Positions 40,101 to 55,100 of a DNA stretch of 64,000 bases are shown in pieces; the first letter of the stretch is position 1; each line of letters opens with the position of its first letter. Origin of the DNA: Eledone cirrhosa (lineage: Eukaryota). Location of the stretch: the NCBI GenBank assembly GCA_964016885.1, contig CAXHJY010000080.1, positions 1 to 64,000 of the forward strand, read 5' to 3'. Both the position numbers and the translations under genes were made by a program. Below the pieces are notes generated by a model. It was not told the origin of the DNA, did not search any database, and was given only the letters and a program-made list of their open reading frames with translations.

Positions 40101-43100
40101 CATATGGAGGTCTGCACACAGCCAGAAGACAGATGTTTACTGCAGAAAATGGTGACAGAGCCGGTATTCCTAATATTATTTTCCTTATTACTGATGGCGT
40201 TTCCAACATCAACGCTTTACAAACCATACCAGAAGCCGAAGCTATTCGTGCAGAAAACATCCATATTTACGCTATAGGTATAGGCCTTGCAGAAACTACA
40301 GAACTTGACAAAATTGCATCATATCCACCATCAGAAAACAGTTTCACTGTCGAAGATTTTAATCAGCTTTATGATTTAAAACACCAAATATTTGATTCTT
40401 TCTGTCCGGGTACGTATATTACGTAGATTATGTCAGTTGTTGCGTTTCGTTTCTTTCATGTCGGTCAACATCACTTTGTAGTGTCATTCTACATATTAAT
40501 TGTACACATGTTTATTGTGTTACATCTAATCTGTCTCCTTGGTCAATCATTTCTTTTGTTGTTCTTGCTGAAATTTCAGTTGAACGAGGTTTTGTTTTGT
40601 ATTTGATCGATTGTAAATGTTGTTGTTACTGTTCACTATCAATGATATTTGTTCATATTATAATACACATAACAGTTTATATTTTGTCCAATATGTTTGT
40701 GAGAAATATTCAATTGAAAATATAATCAAATTGACACAATTATAGAATTAGATATTCTGTTTTGTCTATGTATTGTGATGGGCTGTTGCCAGAATTTGTA
40801 TATTCATAAGTAATATTCAATTATATTTGTTCACATTGCAGAATATGTTCTCTCTAATGTGAATTATTATTGAAATTATTTCTTTTCTATGTGTTGATAT
40901 CTATCCATATCACACTACATTCTTTACGTTGTTGTTGCTGGTTACTCTTGATGTTATCTCTTCTCTTGTTATCAACATAATATTGTTATCGTTATATATC
41001 AGTCTGTTTTTACTAAGTTCCTGTTATATGTTTGGATATTTCTGTTGTTATATGGTGTTTTGAACAAGATAATCCACTTGTTTCAGTAAGGTTACATGTC
41101 TCTATATAATATTTGTAAAGAGAATTTCCTCTTACCGTGATTGTGAACGCTAGGCATAACTATGAGTAAATCTGGAATTACTAATTATATCTGACTAGTT
41201 TATTGCACTTTTCCACTTTACAGTAAGACCTGAAGTAACAACTCCACATCCAAAACCACCTGGTAAGATATTTTAAATGGTTTTCTTTGTTACTTAGTTT
41301 CAAATAAGAGATCTGTAACTATTGGCTAGAATTAAGTTCTTTAAAGTATACATGATCTAATTGAAGGAAAGTCTATGGAAATCTAGTGATTTCTTAAATA
41401 TTTGAGTGTTATTAAATATTCTCTAGATGTTCTATGATAAATATTGAATTATTATATATGTGGCAGTGTTAATTGATGGCTACCTCCCTATTCTCTAGGT
41501 AAATGTAATGCTGCTGAATCAGACATTGTGTTCGTTCTGGATTCTTCAACTAGCGTTACTGATGTGAACTTCAAGAAAATCTTAGCTTTTGTGAAAGACT
41601 TTCTATCGGAGGCTAGTATTGACAATGGTAATGTGAGAGTAGGGGCAGTGATTTATAGCACTGACGTACAAGTGCAGTTTCATTTGAATCACTACCATTC
41701 AAAGAGAGATATCCTCAATGCTATTGACAACATTGCCTATGTGTATGGAAGCACAAATACATATGGAGGTCTGCACACAGCCAGAAGACAGATGTTTACT
41801 GCAGAAAATGGTGACAGAGCCGGTATTCCTAATATTATTTTCCTTATTACTGATGGCGTTTCCAACATCAACGCTTTACAAACCATACCAGAAGCCGAAG
41901 CTATTCGTGCAGAAAACATCCATATTTACGCTATAGGTATAGGCCTTGCAGAAACTACAGAACTTGACAAAATTGCATCATATCCACCATCAGAAAACAG
42001 TTTCACTGTCGAAGATTTTAATCAGCTTTATGATTTAAAACACCAAATATTTGATTCTTTCTGTCCGGGTACGTATATTACGTAGATTATGTCAGTTGTT
42101 GCGTTTCGTTTCTTTCATGTCGGTCAACATCACTTTGTAGTGTCATTCTACATATTAATTGTACACATGTTTATTGTGTTACATCTAATCTGTCTCCTTG
42201 GTCAATCATTTCTTTTGTTGTTCTTGCTGAAATTTCAGTTGAACGAGGTTTTGTTTTGTATTTTATCGATTGTAAATGTTGTTGTTACTGTTCACTATCA
42301 ATGATATTTGTTCATATTATAATACACATAACAGTTTATATTTTCTCCAATATGTTTGTGAGAAATATTCAATTGAAAATATAATCAAATTGACACAATT
42401 ATAGAATTAGATATTCTGTTTTGTCTATGTATTGTGATGGGCTGTTGCCAGAATTTGTATATTCATAAGTAATATTCAATTATATTTGTTCACATTGCAG
42501 AATATGTTCTCTCTAATGTGAATTATTATTGAAATTATTTCTTTTCTATGTGTTGATATCTATCCATATCACACTACATTCTTTACGTTGTTGTTGCTGG
42601 TTACTCTTGATGTTATCTCTTCTCTTGTTATCAACATAATATTGTTATCGTTATATATCAGTCTGTTTTTACTAAGTTCCTGTTATATGTTTGGATATTT
42701 CTGTTGTTATATGGTGTTTTGAACAAGATAATCCACTTGTTTCAGTAAGGTTACATGTCTCTATATAATATTTGTAAAGAGAATTTCCTCTTACCGTGAT
42801 TGTGAACGCTAGGCATAACTATGAGTAAATCTGGAATTACTAATTATATCTGACTAGTTTATTGCACTTTTCCACTTTACAGTAAGACCTGAAGTAACAA
42901 CTCCACATCCAAAACCACCTGGTAAGATATTTTAAATGGTTTTCTTTGTTACTTAGTTTCAAATAAGAGATCTGTAACTATTGGCTAGAATTAAGTTCTT
43001 TAAAGTATACATGATCTAATTGAAGGAAAGTCTATGGAAATCTAGTGATTTCTTAAATATTTGAGTGTTATTAAATTCTCTAGATGTTCTATGATAAATA

Positions 43101-46100
43101 TTGAATTATTATATATGTGGCAGTGTTAATTGATGGCTACCTCCCTATTCTCTAGGTAAATGTAATGCTGCTGAATCAGACATTGTGTTCGTTCTGGATT
43201 CTTCAACTAGCGTTACTGATGTGAACTTCAAGAAAATCTTAGCTTTTGTGAAAGACTTTCTATCGGAGGCTAGTATTGACAATGGTAATGTGAGAGTAGG
43301 GGCAGTTATTTATAGCACTGACGTACAAGTGCAGTTTCATTTGAATCACTACCATTCAAAGAGAGATATCCTCAATGCTATTGACAACATTGCCTATGTG
43401 TATGGAAGCACAAATACATATGGAGGTCTGCACACAGCCAGAAGACAGATGTTTACTGCAGAAAATGGTGACAGAGCCGGTATTCCTAATATTATTTTCC
43501 TTATTACTGATGGCGTTTCCAACATCAACGCTTTACAAACCATACCAGAAGCCGAAGCTATTCGTGCAGAAAACATCCATATTTACGCTATAGGTATAGG
43601 CCTTGCAGAAACTACAGAACTTGACAAAATTGCATCATATCCACCATCAGAAAACAGTTTCACTGTCGAAGATTTTAATCAGCTTTATGATTTAAAACAC
43701 CAAATATTTGATTCTTTCTGTCCGGGTACGTATATTACGTAGATTATGTCAGTTGTTGCGTTTCGTTTCTTTCATGTCGGTCAACATCACTTTGTAGTGT
43801 CATTCTACATATTAATTGTACACATGTTTATTGTGTTACATCTAATCTGTCTCCTTGGTCAATCATTTCTTTTGTTGTTCTTGCTGAAATTTCAGTTGAA
43901 CAAGGTTTTGTTTTGTATTTTATCGATTGTAAATGTTGTTGTTACTGTTCACTATCAATGATATTTGTTCATATTATAATACACATAACAGTTTATATTT
44001 TCTCCAATATGTTTGTGAGAAATATTCAATTGAAAATATAATCAAATTGACACAGTTATAGAATTAGATATTCTGTTTTGTCTATGTATTGTGATGGGCT
44101 GTTGCCAGAATTTGTATATTCATAAGTAATATTCAATTATATTTGTTCACATTGCAGAATATGTTCTCTCTAATGTGAATTATTATTTAAATTATTTCTT
44201 TTCTATGTGTTGATATCTATCCATATCACACTACATTCTTTATGTTGTTGTTGCTGGTTACTCTTGATGTTATCAACATAATATTGTTATCGTTATATAT
44301 CAGTCTGTTTTTACTAAGTTCCTGTTATATGTTTGGATATTTCTGTTGTTATATGGTGTTTTGAACAAGATAATCCACTTGTTTCAGTAAGGTTACATGT
44401 CTCTATATAATATTTGTAAAGAGAATTTCCTCTTACCGTGATTGTGAACGCTAGGCATAACTATGAGTAAATCTGGAATTACTAATTATATCTGACTAGT
44501 TTATTGCACTTTTCCACTTTACAGTAAGACCTGAAGTAACAACTCCACATCCAAAACCACCTGGTAAGATATTTTAAATGGTTTTCTTTGTTACTTAGTT
44601 TCAAATAAGAGATCTGTAACTATTGGCTAGAATTAAGTTCTTTAAAGTATACATGATCTAATTGAAGGAAAGTCTATGGAAATCTAGTGATTTCTTAAAT
44701 ATTTGAGTGTTATTAAATATTCTCTAGATGTTCTATGATAAATATTGAATTATTATATATGTGGCAGTGTTAATTGATGGCTACCTCCCTATTCTCTAGG
44801 TAAATGTAATGCTGCTGAATCAGACATTGTGTTCGTTCTGGATTCTTCAACTAGCGTTACTGATGTGAACTTCAAGAAAATCTTAGCTTTTGTGAAAGAC
44901 TTTCTATCGGAGGCTAGTATTGACAATGGTAATGTGAGAGTAGGGGCAGTGATTTATAGCACTAACGTACAAGTGCAGTTTCATTTGAATCACTACCATT
45001 CAAAGAGAGATATCCTCAATGCTATTGACAACATTGCCTATGTGTATGGAAGCACAAATACATATGGAGGTCTGCACACAGCCAGAAGACAGATGTTTAC
45101 TGCAGAAAATGGTGACAGAGCCGGTATTCCTAATATTATTTTCCTTATTACTGATGGCGTTTCCAACATCAACGCTTTACAAACCATACCAGAAGCCGAA
45201 GCTATTCGTGCAGAAAACATCCATATTTACGCTATAGGTATAGGCCTTGCAGAAACTACAGAACTTGACAAAATTGCATCATATCCACCATCAGAAAACA
45301 GTTTCACTGTCGAAGATTTTAATCAGCTTTATGATTTAAAACACCAAATATTTGATTCTTTCTGTCCGGGTACGTATATTACGTAGATTATGTCAGTTGT
45401 TGTCGTTTCTTTCATGTCGGTCAACATCACTTTGTAGTGTCATTCTACATATTAATTGTACACATGTTTATTGTGTTACATCTAATCTGTCTCCTTGGTC
45501 AATCATTTCTTTTGTTGTTCTTGCTGAAATTTCAGTTGAACGAGGTTTTGTTTTGTATTTGATCGATTGTAAATGTTGTTGTTACTGTTCACTATCAATG
45601 ATATTTGTTCATATTATAATACACATAACAGTTTATATTTTGTCCAATATGTTTGTGAGAAATATTCAATTGAAAATATAATCAAATTGACACAATTATA
45701 GAATTAGATATTCTGTTTTGTCTATGTATTGTGATGGGCTGTTGCCAGAATTTGTATATTCATAAGTAATATTCAATTATATTTGTTCACATTGCAGAAT
45801 ATGTTCTCTCTAATGTGAATTATTATTGAAATTATTTCTTTTCTATGTGTTGATATCTATCCATATCACACTACATTCTTTACGTTGTTGTTGCTGGTTA
45901 CTCTTGATGTTATCTCTTCTCTTGTTATCAACATAATATTGTTATCGTTATATATCAGTCTGTTTTTACTAAGTTCCTGTTATATGTTTGGATATTTCTG
46001 TTGTTATATGGTGTTTTGAACAAGATAATCCACTTGTTTCAGTAAGGTTACATGTCTCTATATAATATTTGTAAAGAGAATTTCCTCTTACCGTGATTGT

Positions 46101-49100
46101 GAACGCTAGGCATAACTATGAGTAAATCTGGAATTACTAATTATATCTGACTAGTTTATTGCACTTTTCCACTTTACAGTAAGACCTGAAGTAACAACTC
46201 CACATCCAAAACCACCTGGTAAGATATTTTAAATGGTTTTCTTTGTTACTTAGTTTCAAATAAGAGATCTGTAACTATTGGCTAGAATTAAGTTCTTTAA
46301 AGTATACATGATCTAATTGAAGGAAAGTCTATGGAAATCTAGTGATTTCTTAAATATTTGAGTGTTATTAAATATTCTCTAGATGTTCTATGATAAATAT
46401 TGAATTATTATATATGTGGCAGTGTTAATTGATGGCTACCTCCCTATTCTCTAGGTAAATGTAATGCTGCTGAATCAGACATTGTGTTCGTTCTGGATTC
46501 TTCAACTAGCGTTACTGATGTGAACTTCAAGAAAATCTTAGCTTTTGTGAAAGACTTTCTATCGGAGGCTAGTATTGACAATGGTAATGTGAGAGTAGGG
46601 GCAGTGATTTATAGCACTGACGTACAAGTGCAGTTTCATTTGAATCACTACCATTCAAAGAGAGATATCCTCAATGCTATTGACAACATTGCCTATGTGT
46701 ATGGAAGCACAAATACATATGGAGGTCTGCACACAGCCAGAAGACAGATGTTTACTGCAGAAAATGGTGACAGAGCCGGTATTCCTAATATTATTTTCCT
46801 TATTACTGATGGCGTTTCCAACATCAACGCTTTACAAACCATACCAGAAGCCGAAGCTATTCGTGCAGAAAACATCCATATTTACGCTATAGGTATAGGC
46901 CTTGCAGAAACTACAGAACTTGACAAAATTGCATCATATCCACCATCAGAAAACAGTTTCACTGTCGAAGATTTTAATCAGCTTTATGATTTAAAACACC
47001 AAATATTTGATTCTTTCTGTCCGGGTACGTATATTACGTAGATTATGTCAGTTGTTGCGTTTCGTTTCTTTCATGTCGGTCAACATCACTTTGTAGTGTC
47101 ATTCTACATATTAATTGTACACATGTTTATTGTGTTACATCTAATCTGTCTCCTTGGTCAATCATTTGTTTTGTTGTTCTTGCTGAAATTTCAGTTGAAC
47201 GAGGTTTTGTTTTGTATTTGATCGATTGTAAATGTTGTTGTTACTGTTCACTATCAATGATATTTGTTCATATTATAATACACATAACAGTTTATATTTT
47301 GTCCAATATGTTTGTGAGAAATATTCAATTTAAAATATAATCAAATTGACACAATTATAGAATTAGATATTCTGTTTTGTCTATGTATTGTGATGGGCTG
47401 TTGCCAGAATTTGTATATTCATAAGTAATATTCAATTATATTTGTTCACATTGCAGAATATGTTCTCTCTAATGTGAATTATTATTGAAATTATTTCTTT
47501 TCTATGTGTTGATATCTATCCATATCACACTACATTCTTTACGTTGTTGTTGCTGGTTACTCTTGATGTTATCTCTTCTCTTGTTATCAACATAATATTG
47601 TTATCGTTATATATCAGTCTGTTTTTACTAAGTTCCTGTTATATGTTTGGATATTTCTGTTGTTATATGGTGTTTTGAACAAGATAATCCACTTGTTTCA
47701 GTAAGGTTACATGTCTCTATATAATATTTGTAAAGAGAATTTCCTCTTACCGTGATTGTGAACGCTAGGCATAACTATGAGTAAATCTGGAATTACTAAT
47801 TATATCTGACTAGTTTATTGCACTTTTCCACTTTACAGTAAGACCTGAAGTAACAACTCCACATCCAAAACCACCTGGTAAGATATTTTAAATGGTTTTC
47901 TTTGTTACTTAGTTTCAAATAAGAGATCTGTAACTATTGGCTAGAATTAAGTTCTTTAAAGTATACATGATCTAATTGAAGGAAAGTCTATGGAAATCTA
48001 GTGATTTCTTAAATATTTGAGTGTTATTAAATATTCTCTAGATGTTCTATGATAAATATTGAATTATTATATATGTGGCAGTGTTAATTGATGGCTACCT
48101 CCCTATTCTCTAGGTAAATGTAATGCTGCTGAATCAGACATTGTGTTCGTTCTGGATTCTTCAACTAGCGTTACTGATGTGAACTTCAAGAAAATCTTAG
48201 CTTTTGTGAAAGACTTTCTATCGGAGGCTAGTATTGACAATGGTAATGTGAGAGTAGGGGCAGTGATTTATAGCACTAACGTACAAGTGCAGTTTCATTT
48301 GAATCACTACCATTCAAAGAGAGATATCCTCAATGCTATTGACAACATTGCCTATGTGTATGGAAGCACAAATACATATGGAGGTCTGCACACAGCCAGA
48401 AGACAGATGTTTACTGCAGAAAATGGTGACAGAGCCGGTATTCCTAATATTATTTTCCTTATTACTGATGGCGTTTCCAACATCAACGCTTTACAAACCA
48501 TACCAGAAGCCGAAGCTATTCGTGCAGAAAACATCCATATTTACGCTATAGGTATAGGCCTTGCAGAAACTACAGAACTTGACAAAATTGCATCATATCC
48601 ACCATCAGAAAACAGTTTCACTGTCGAAGATTTTAATCAGCTTTATGATTTAAAACACCAAATATTTGATTCTTTCTGTCCGGGTACGTATATTACGTAG
48701 ATTATGTCAGTTGTTGTCGTTTCTTTCATGTCGGTCAACATCACTTTGTAGTGTCATTCTACATATTAATTGTACACATGTTTATTGTGTTACATCTAAT
48801 CTGTCTCCTTGGTCAATCATTTCTTTTGTTGTTCTTGCTGAAATTTCAGTTGAACGAGGTTTTGTTTTGTATTTGATCGATTGTAAATGTTGTTGTTACT
48901 GTTCACTATCAATGATATTTGTTCATATTATAATACACATAACAGTTTATATTTTGTCCAATATGTTTGTGAGAAATATTCAATTGAAAATATAATCAAA
49001 TTGACACAATTATAGAATTAGATATTCTGTTTTGTCTATGTATTGTGATGGGCTGTTGCCAGAATTTGTATATTCATAAGTAATATTCAATTATATTTGT

Positions 49101-52100
49101 TCACATTGCAGAATATGTTCTCTCTAATGTGAATTATTATTGAAATTATTTCTTTTCTATGTGTTGATATCTATCCATATCACACTACATTCTTTACGTT
49201 GTTGTTGCTGGTTACTCTTGATGTTATCTCTTCTCTTGTTATCAACATAATATTGTTATCGTTATATATCAGTCTGTTTTTACTAAGTTCCTGTTATATG
49301 TTTGGATATTTCTGTTGTTATATGGTGTTTTGAACAAGATAATCCACTTGTTTCAGTAAGGTTACATGTCTCTATATAATATTTGTAAAGAGAATTTCCT
49401 CTTACCGTGATTGTGAACGCTAGGCATAACTATGAGTAAATCTGGAATTACTAATTATATCTGACTAGTTTATTGCACTTTTCCACTTTACAGTAAGACC
49501 TGAAGTAACAACTCCACATCCAAAACCACCTGGTAAGATATTTTAAATGGTTTTCTTTGTTACTTAGTTTCAAATAAGAGATCTGTAACTATTGGCTAGA
49601 ATTAAGTTCTTTAAAGTATACATGATCTAATTGAAGGAAAGTCTATGGAAATCTAGTGATTTCTTAAATATTTGAGTGTTATTAAATATTCTCTAGATGT
49701 TCTATGATAAATATTGAATTATTATATATGTGGCAGTGTTAATTGATGGCTACCTCCCTATTCTCTAGGTAAATGTAATGCTGCTGAATCAGACATTGTG
49801 TTCGTTCTGGATTCTTCAACTAGCGTTACTGATGTGAACTTCAAGAAAATCTTAGCTTTTGTGAAAGACTTTCTATCGGAGGCTAGTATTGACAATGGTA
49901 ATGTGAGAGTAGGGGCAGTGATTTATAGCACTGACGTACAAGTGCAGTTTCATTTGAATCACTACCATTCAAAGAGAGATATCCTCAATGCTATTGACAA
50001 CATTGCCTATGTGTATGGAAGCACAAATACATATGGAGGTCTGCACACAGCCAGAAGACAGATGTTTACTGCAGAAAATGGTGACAGAGCCGGTATTCCT
50101 AATATTATTTTCCTTATTACTGATGGCGTTTCCAACATCAACGCTTTACAAACCATACCAGAAGCCGAAGCTATTCGTGCAGAAAACATCCATATTTACG
50201 CTATAGGTATAGGCCTTGCAGAAACTACAGAACTTGACAAAATTGCATCATATCCACCATCAGAAAACAGTTTCACTGTCGAAGATTTTAATCAGCTTTA
50301 TGATTTAAAACACCAAATATTTGATTCTTTCTGTCCGGGTACGTATATTACGTAGATTATGTCAGTTGTTGCGTTTCGTTTCTTTCATGTCGGTCAACAT
50401 CACTTTGTAGTGTCATTCTACATATTAATTGTACACATGTTTATTGTGTTACATCTAATCTGTCTCCTTGGTCAATCATTTGTTTTGTTGTTCTTGCTGA
50501 AATTTCAGTTGAACGAGGTTTTGTTTTGTATTTGATCGATTGTAAATGTTGTTGTTACTGTTCACTATCAATGATATTTGTTCATATTATAATACACATA
50601 ACAGTTTATATTTTGTCCAATATGTTTGTGAGAAATATTCAATTTAAAATATAATCAAATTGACACAATTATAGAATTAGATATTCTGTTTTGTCTATGT
50701 ATTGTGATGGGCTGTTGCCAGAATTTGTATATTCATAAGTAATATTCAATTATATTTGTTCACATTGCAGAATATGTTCTCTCTAATGTGAATTATTATT
50801 GAAATTATTTCTTTTCTATGTGTTGATATCTATCCATATCACACTACATTCTTTACGTTGTTGTTGCTGGTTACTCTTGATGTTATCTCTTCTCTTGTTA
50901 TCAACATAATATTGTTATCGTTATATATCAGTCTGTTTTTACTAAGTTCCTGTTATATGTTTGGATATTTCTGTTGTTATATGGTGTTTTGAACAAGATA
51001 ATCCACTTGTTTCAGTAAGGTTACATGTCTCTATATAATATTTGTAAAGAGAATTTCCTCTTACCGTGATTGTGAACGCTAGGCATAACTATGAGTAAAT
51101 CTGGAATTACTAATTATATCTGACTAGTTTATTGCACTTTTCCACTTTACAGTAAGACCTGAAGTAACAACTCCACATCCAAAACCACCTGGTAAGATAT
51201 TTTAAATGGTTTTCTTTGTTACTTAGTTTCAAATAAGAGATCTGTAACTATTGGCTAGAATTAAGTTCTTTAAAGTATACATGATCTAATTGAAGGAAAG
51301 TCTATGGAAATCTAGTGATTTCTTAAATATTTGAGTGTTATTAAATTCTCTAGATGTTCTATGATAAATATTGAATTATTATATATGTGGCAGTGTTAAT
51401 TGATGGCTACCTCCCTATTCTCTAGGTAAATGTAATGCTGCTGAATCAGACATTGTGTTCGTTCTGGATTCTTCAACTAGCGTTACTGATGTGAACTTCA
51501 AGAAAATCTTAGCTTTTGTGAAAGACTTTCTATCGGAGGCTAGTATTGACAATGGTAATGTGAGAGTAGGGGCAGTTATTTATAGCACTGACGTACAAGT
51601 GCAGTTTCATTTGAATCACTACCATTCAAAGAGAGATATCCTCAATGCTATTGACAACATTGCCTATGTGTATGGAAGCACAAATACATATGGAGGTCTG
51701 CACACAGCCAGAAGACAGATGTTTACTGCAGAAAATGGTGACAGAGCCGGTATTCCTAATATTATTTTCCTTATTACTGATGGCGTTTCCAACATCAACG
51801 CTTTACAAACCATACCAGAAGCCGAAGCTATTCGTGCAGAAAACATCCATATTTACGCTATAGGTATAGGCCTTGCAGAAACTACAGAACTTGACAAAAT
51901 TGCATCATATCCACCATCAGAAAACAGTTTCACTGTCGAAGATTTTAATCAGCTTTATGATTTAAAACACCAAATATTTGATTCTTTCTGTCCGGGTACG
52001 TATATTACGTAGATTATGTCAGTTGTTGCGTTTCGTTTCTTTCATGTCGGTCAACATCACTTTGTAGTGTCATTCTACATATTAATTGTACACATGTTTA

Positions 52101-55100
52101 TTGTGTTACATCTAATCTGTCTCCTTGGTCAATCATTTCTTTTGTTGTTCTTGCTGAAATTTCAGTTGAACGAGGTTTTGTTTTGTATTTTATCGATTGT
52201 AAATGTTGTTGTTACTGTTCACTATCAATGATATTTGTTCATATTATAATACACATAACAGTTTATATTTTCTCCAATATGTTTGTGAGAAATATTCAAT
52301 TGAAAATATAATCAAATTGACACAATTATAGAATTAGATATTCTGTTTTGTCTATGTATTGTGATGGGCTGTTGCCAGAATTTGTATATTCATAAGTAAT
52401 ATTCAATTATATTTGTTCACATTGCAGAATATGTTCTCTCTAATGTGAATTATTATTGAAATTATTTCTTTTCTATGTGTTGATATCTATCCATATCACA
52501 CTACATTCTTTATGTTGTTGTTGCTGGTTACTCTTGATGTTATCAACATAATATTGTTATCGTTATATATCAGTCTGTTTTTACTAAGTTCCTGTTATAT
52601 GTTTGGATATTTCTGTTGTTATATGGTGTTTTGAACAAGATAATCCACTTGTTTCAGTAAGGTTACATGTCTCTATATAATATTTGTAAAGAGAATTTCC
52701 TCTTACCGTGATTGTGAACGCTAGGCATAACTATGAGTAAATCTGGAATTACTAATTATATCTGACTAGTTTATTGCACTTTTCCACTTTACAGTAAGAC
52801 CTGAAGTAACAACTCCACATCCAAAACCACCTGGTAAGATATTTTAAATGGTTTTCTTTGTTACTTAGTTTCAAAGTAAGAGATCTGTAACTATTGGCTA
52901 GAATTAAGTTCTTTAAAGTATACATGATCTAATTGAAGGAAAGTCTATGGAAATCTAGTGATTTCTTAAATATTTGAGTGTTATTAAATTCTCTAGATGT
53001 TCTATGATAAATATTGAATTATTATATATGTGGCAGTGTTAATTGATGGCTACCTCCCTATTCTCTAGGTAAATGTAATGCTGCTGAATCAGACATTGTG
53101 TTCGTTCTGGATTCTTCAACTAGCGTTACTGATGTGAACTTCAAGAAAATCTTAGCTTTTGTGAAAGACTTTCTATCGGAGGCTAGTATTGACAATGGTA
53201 ATGTGAGAGTAGGGGCAGTGATTTATAGCACTGACGTACAAGTGCAGTTTCATTTGAATTACTACCATTCAAAGAGAGATATCCTCAATGCTATTGACAA
53301 CATTGCCTATGTGTATGGAAGCACAAATACATATGGAGGTCTGCACACAGCCAGAAGACAGATGTTTACTGCAGAAAATGGTGACAGAGCCGGTATTCCT
53401 AATATTATTTTCCTTATTACTGATGGCGTTTCCAACATCAACGCTTTACAAACCATACCAGAAGCCGAAGCTATTCGTGCAGAAAACATCCATATTTACG
53501 CTATAGGTATAGGCCTTGCAGAAACTACAGAACTTGACAAAATTGCATCATATCCACCATCAGAAAACAGTTTCACTGTCGAAGATTTTAATCAGCTTTA
53601 TGATTTAAAACACCAAATATTTGATTCTTTCTGTCCGGGTACGTATATTACGTAGATTATGTCAGTTGTTGTCGTTTCTTTCATGTCGGTCAACATCACT
53701 TTGTAGTGTCATTCTACATATTAATTGTACACATGTTTATTGTGTTACATCTAATCTGTCTCCTTGGTCAATCATTTCTTTTGTTGTTCTTGCTGAAATT
53801 TCAGTTGAACGAGGTTTTGTTTTGTATTTTATCGATTGTAAATGTTGTTGTTACTGTTCACTATCAATGATATTTGTTCATATTATAATACACATAACAG
53901 TTTATATTTTCTCCAATATGTTTGTGAGAAATATTCAATTGAAAATATAATCAAATTGACACAATTATAGAATTAGATATTCTGTTTTGTCTATGTATTG
54001 TGATGGGCTGTTGCCAGAATTTGTATATTCATAAGTAATATTCAATTATATTTGTTCACATTGCAGAATATGTTCTCTCTAATGTGAATTATTATTGAAA
54101 TTATTTCTTTTCTATGTGTTGATATCTATCCATATCACACTACATTCTTTATGTTGTTGTTGCTGGTTACTCTTGATGTTATCAACATAATATTGTTATC
54201 GTTATATATCAGTCTGTTTTTACTAAGTTCCTGTTATATGTTTGGATATTTCTGTTGTTATATGGTGTTTTGAACAAGATAATCCACTTGTTTCAGTAAG
54301 GTTACATGTCTCTATATAATATTTGTAAAGAGAATTTCCTCTTACCGTGATTGTGAATGCTAGGCATAACTATGAGTAAATCTGGAATTACTAATTATAT
54401 CTGACTAGTTTATTGCACTTTTCCACTTTACAGTAAGACCTGAAGTAACAACTCCACATCCAAAACCACCTGGTAAGATATTTTAAATGGTTTTCTTTGT
54501 TACTTAGTTTCAAATAAGAGATCTGTAACTATTGGCTAGAATTAAGTTCTTTAAAGTATACATGATCTAATTGAAGGAAAGTCTATGGAAATCTAGTGAT
54601 TTCTTAAATATTTGAGTGTTATTAAATATTCTCTAGATGTTCTATGATAAATATTGAATTATTATATATGTGGCAGTGTTAATTGATGGCTACCTCCCTA
54701 TTCTCTAGGTAAATGTAATGCTGCTGAATCAGACATTGTGTTCGTTCTGGATTCTTCAACTAGCGTTACTGATGTGAACTTCAAGAAAATCTTAGCTTTT
54801 GTGAAAGACTTTCTATCGGAGGCTAGTATTGACAATGGTAATGTGAGAGTAGGGGCAGTGATTTATAGCACTAACGTACAAGTGCAGTTTCATTTGAATC
54901 ACTACCATTCAAAGAGAGATATCCTCAATGCTATTGACAACATTGCCTATGTGTATGGAAGCACAAATACATATGGAGGTCTGCACACAGCCAGAAGACA
55001 GATGTTTACTGCAGAAAATGGTGACAGAGCCGGTATTCCTAATATTATTTTCCTTATTACTGATGGCGTTTCCAACATCAACGCTTTACAAACCATACCA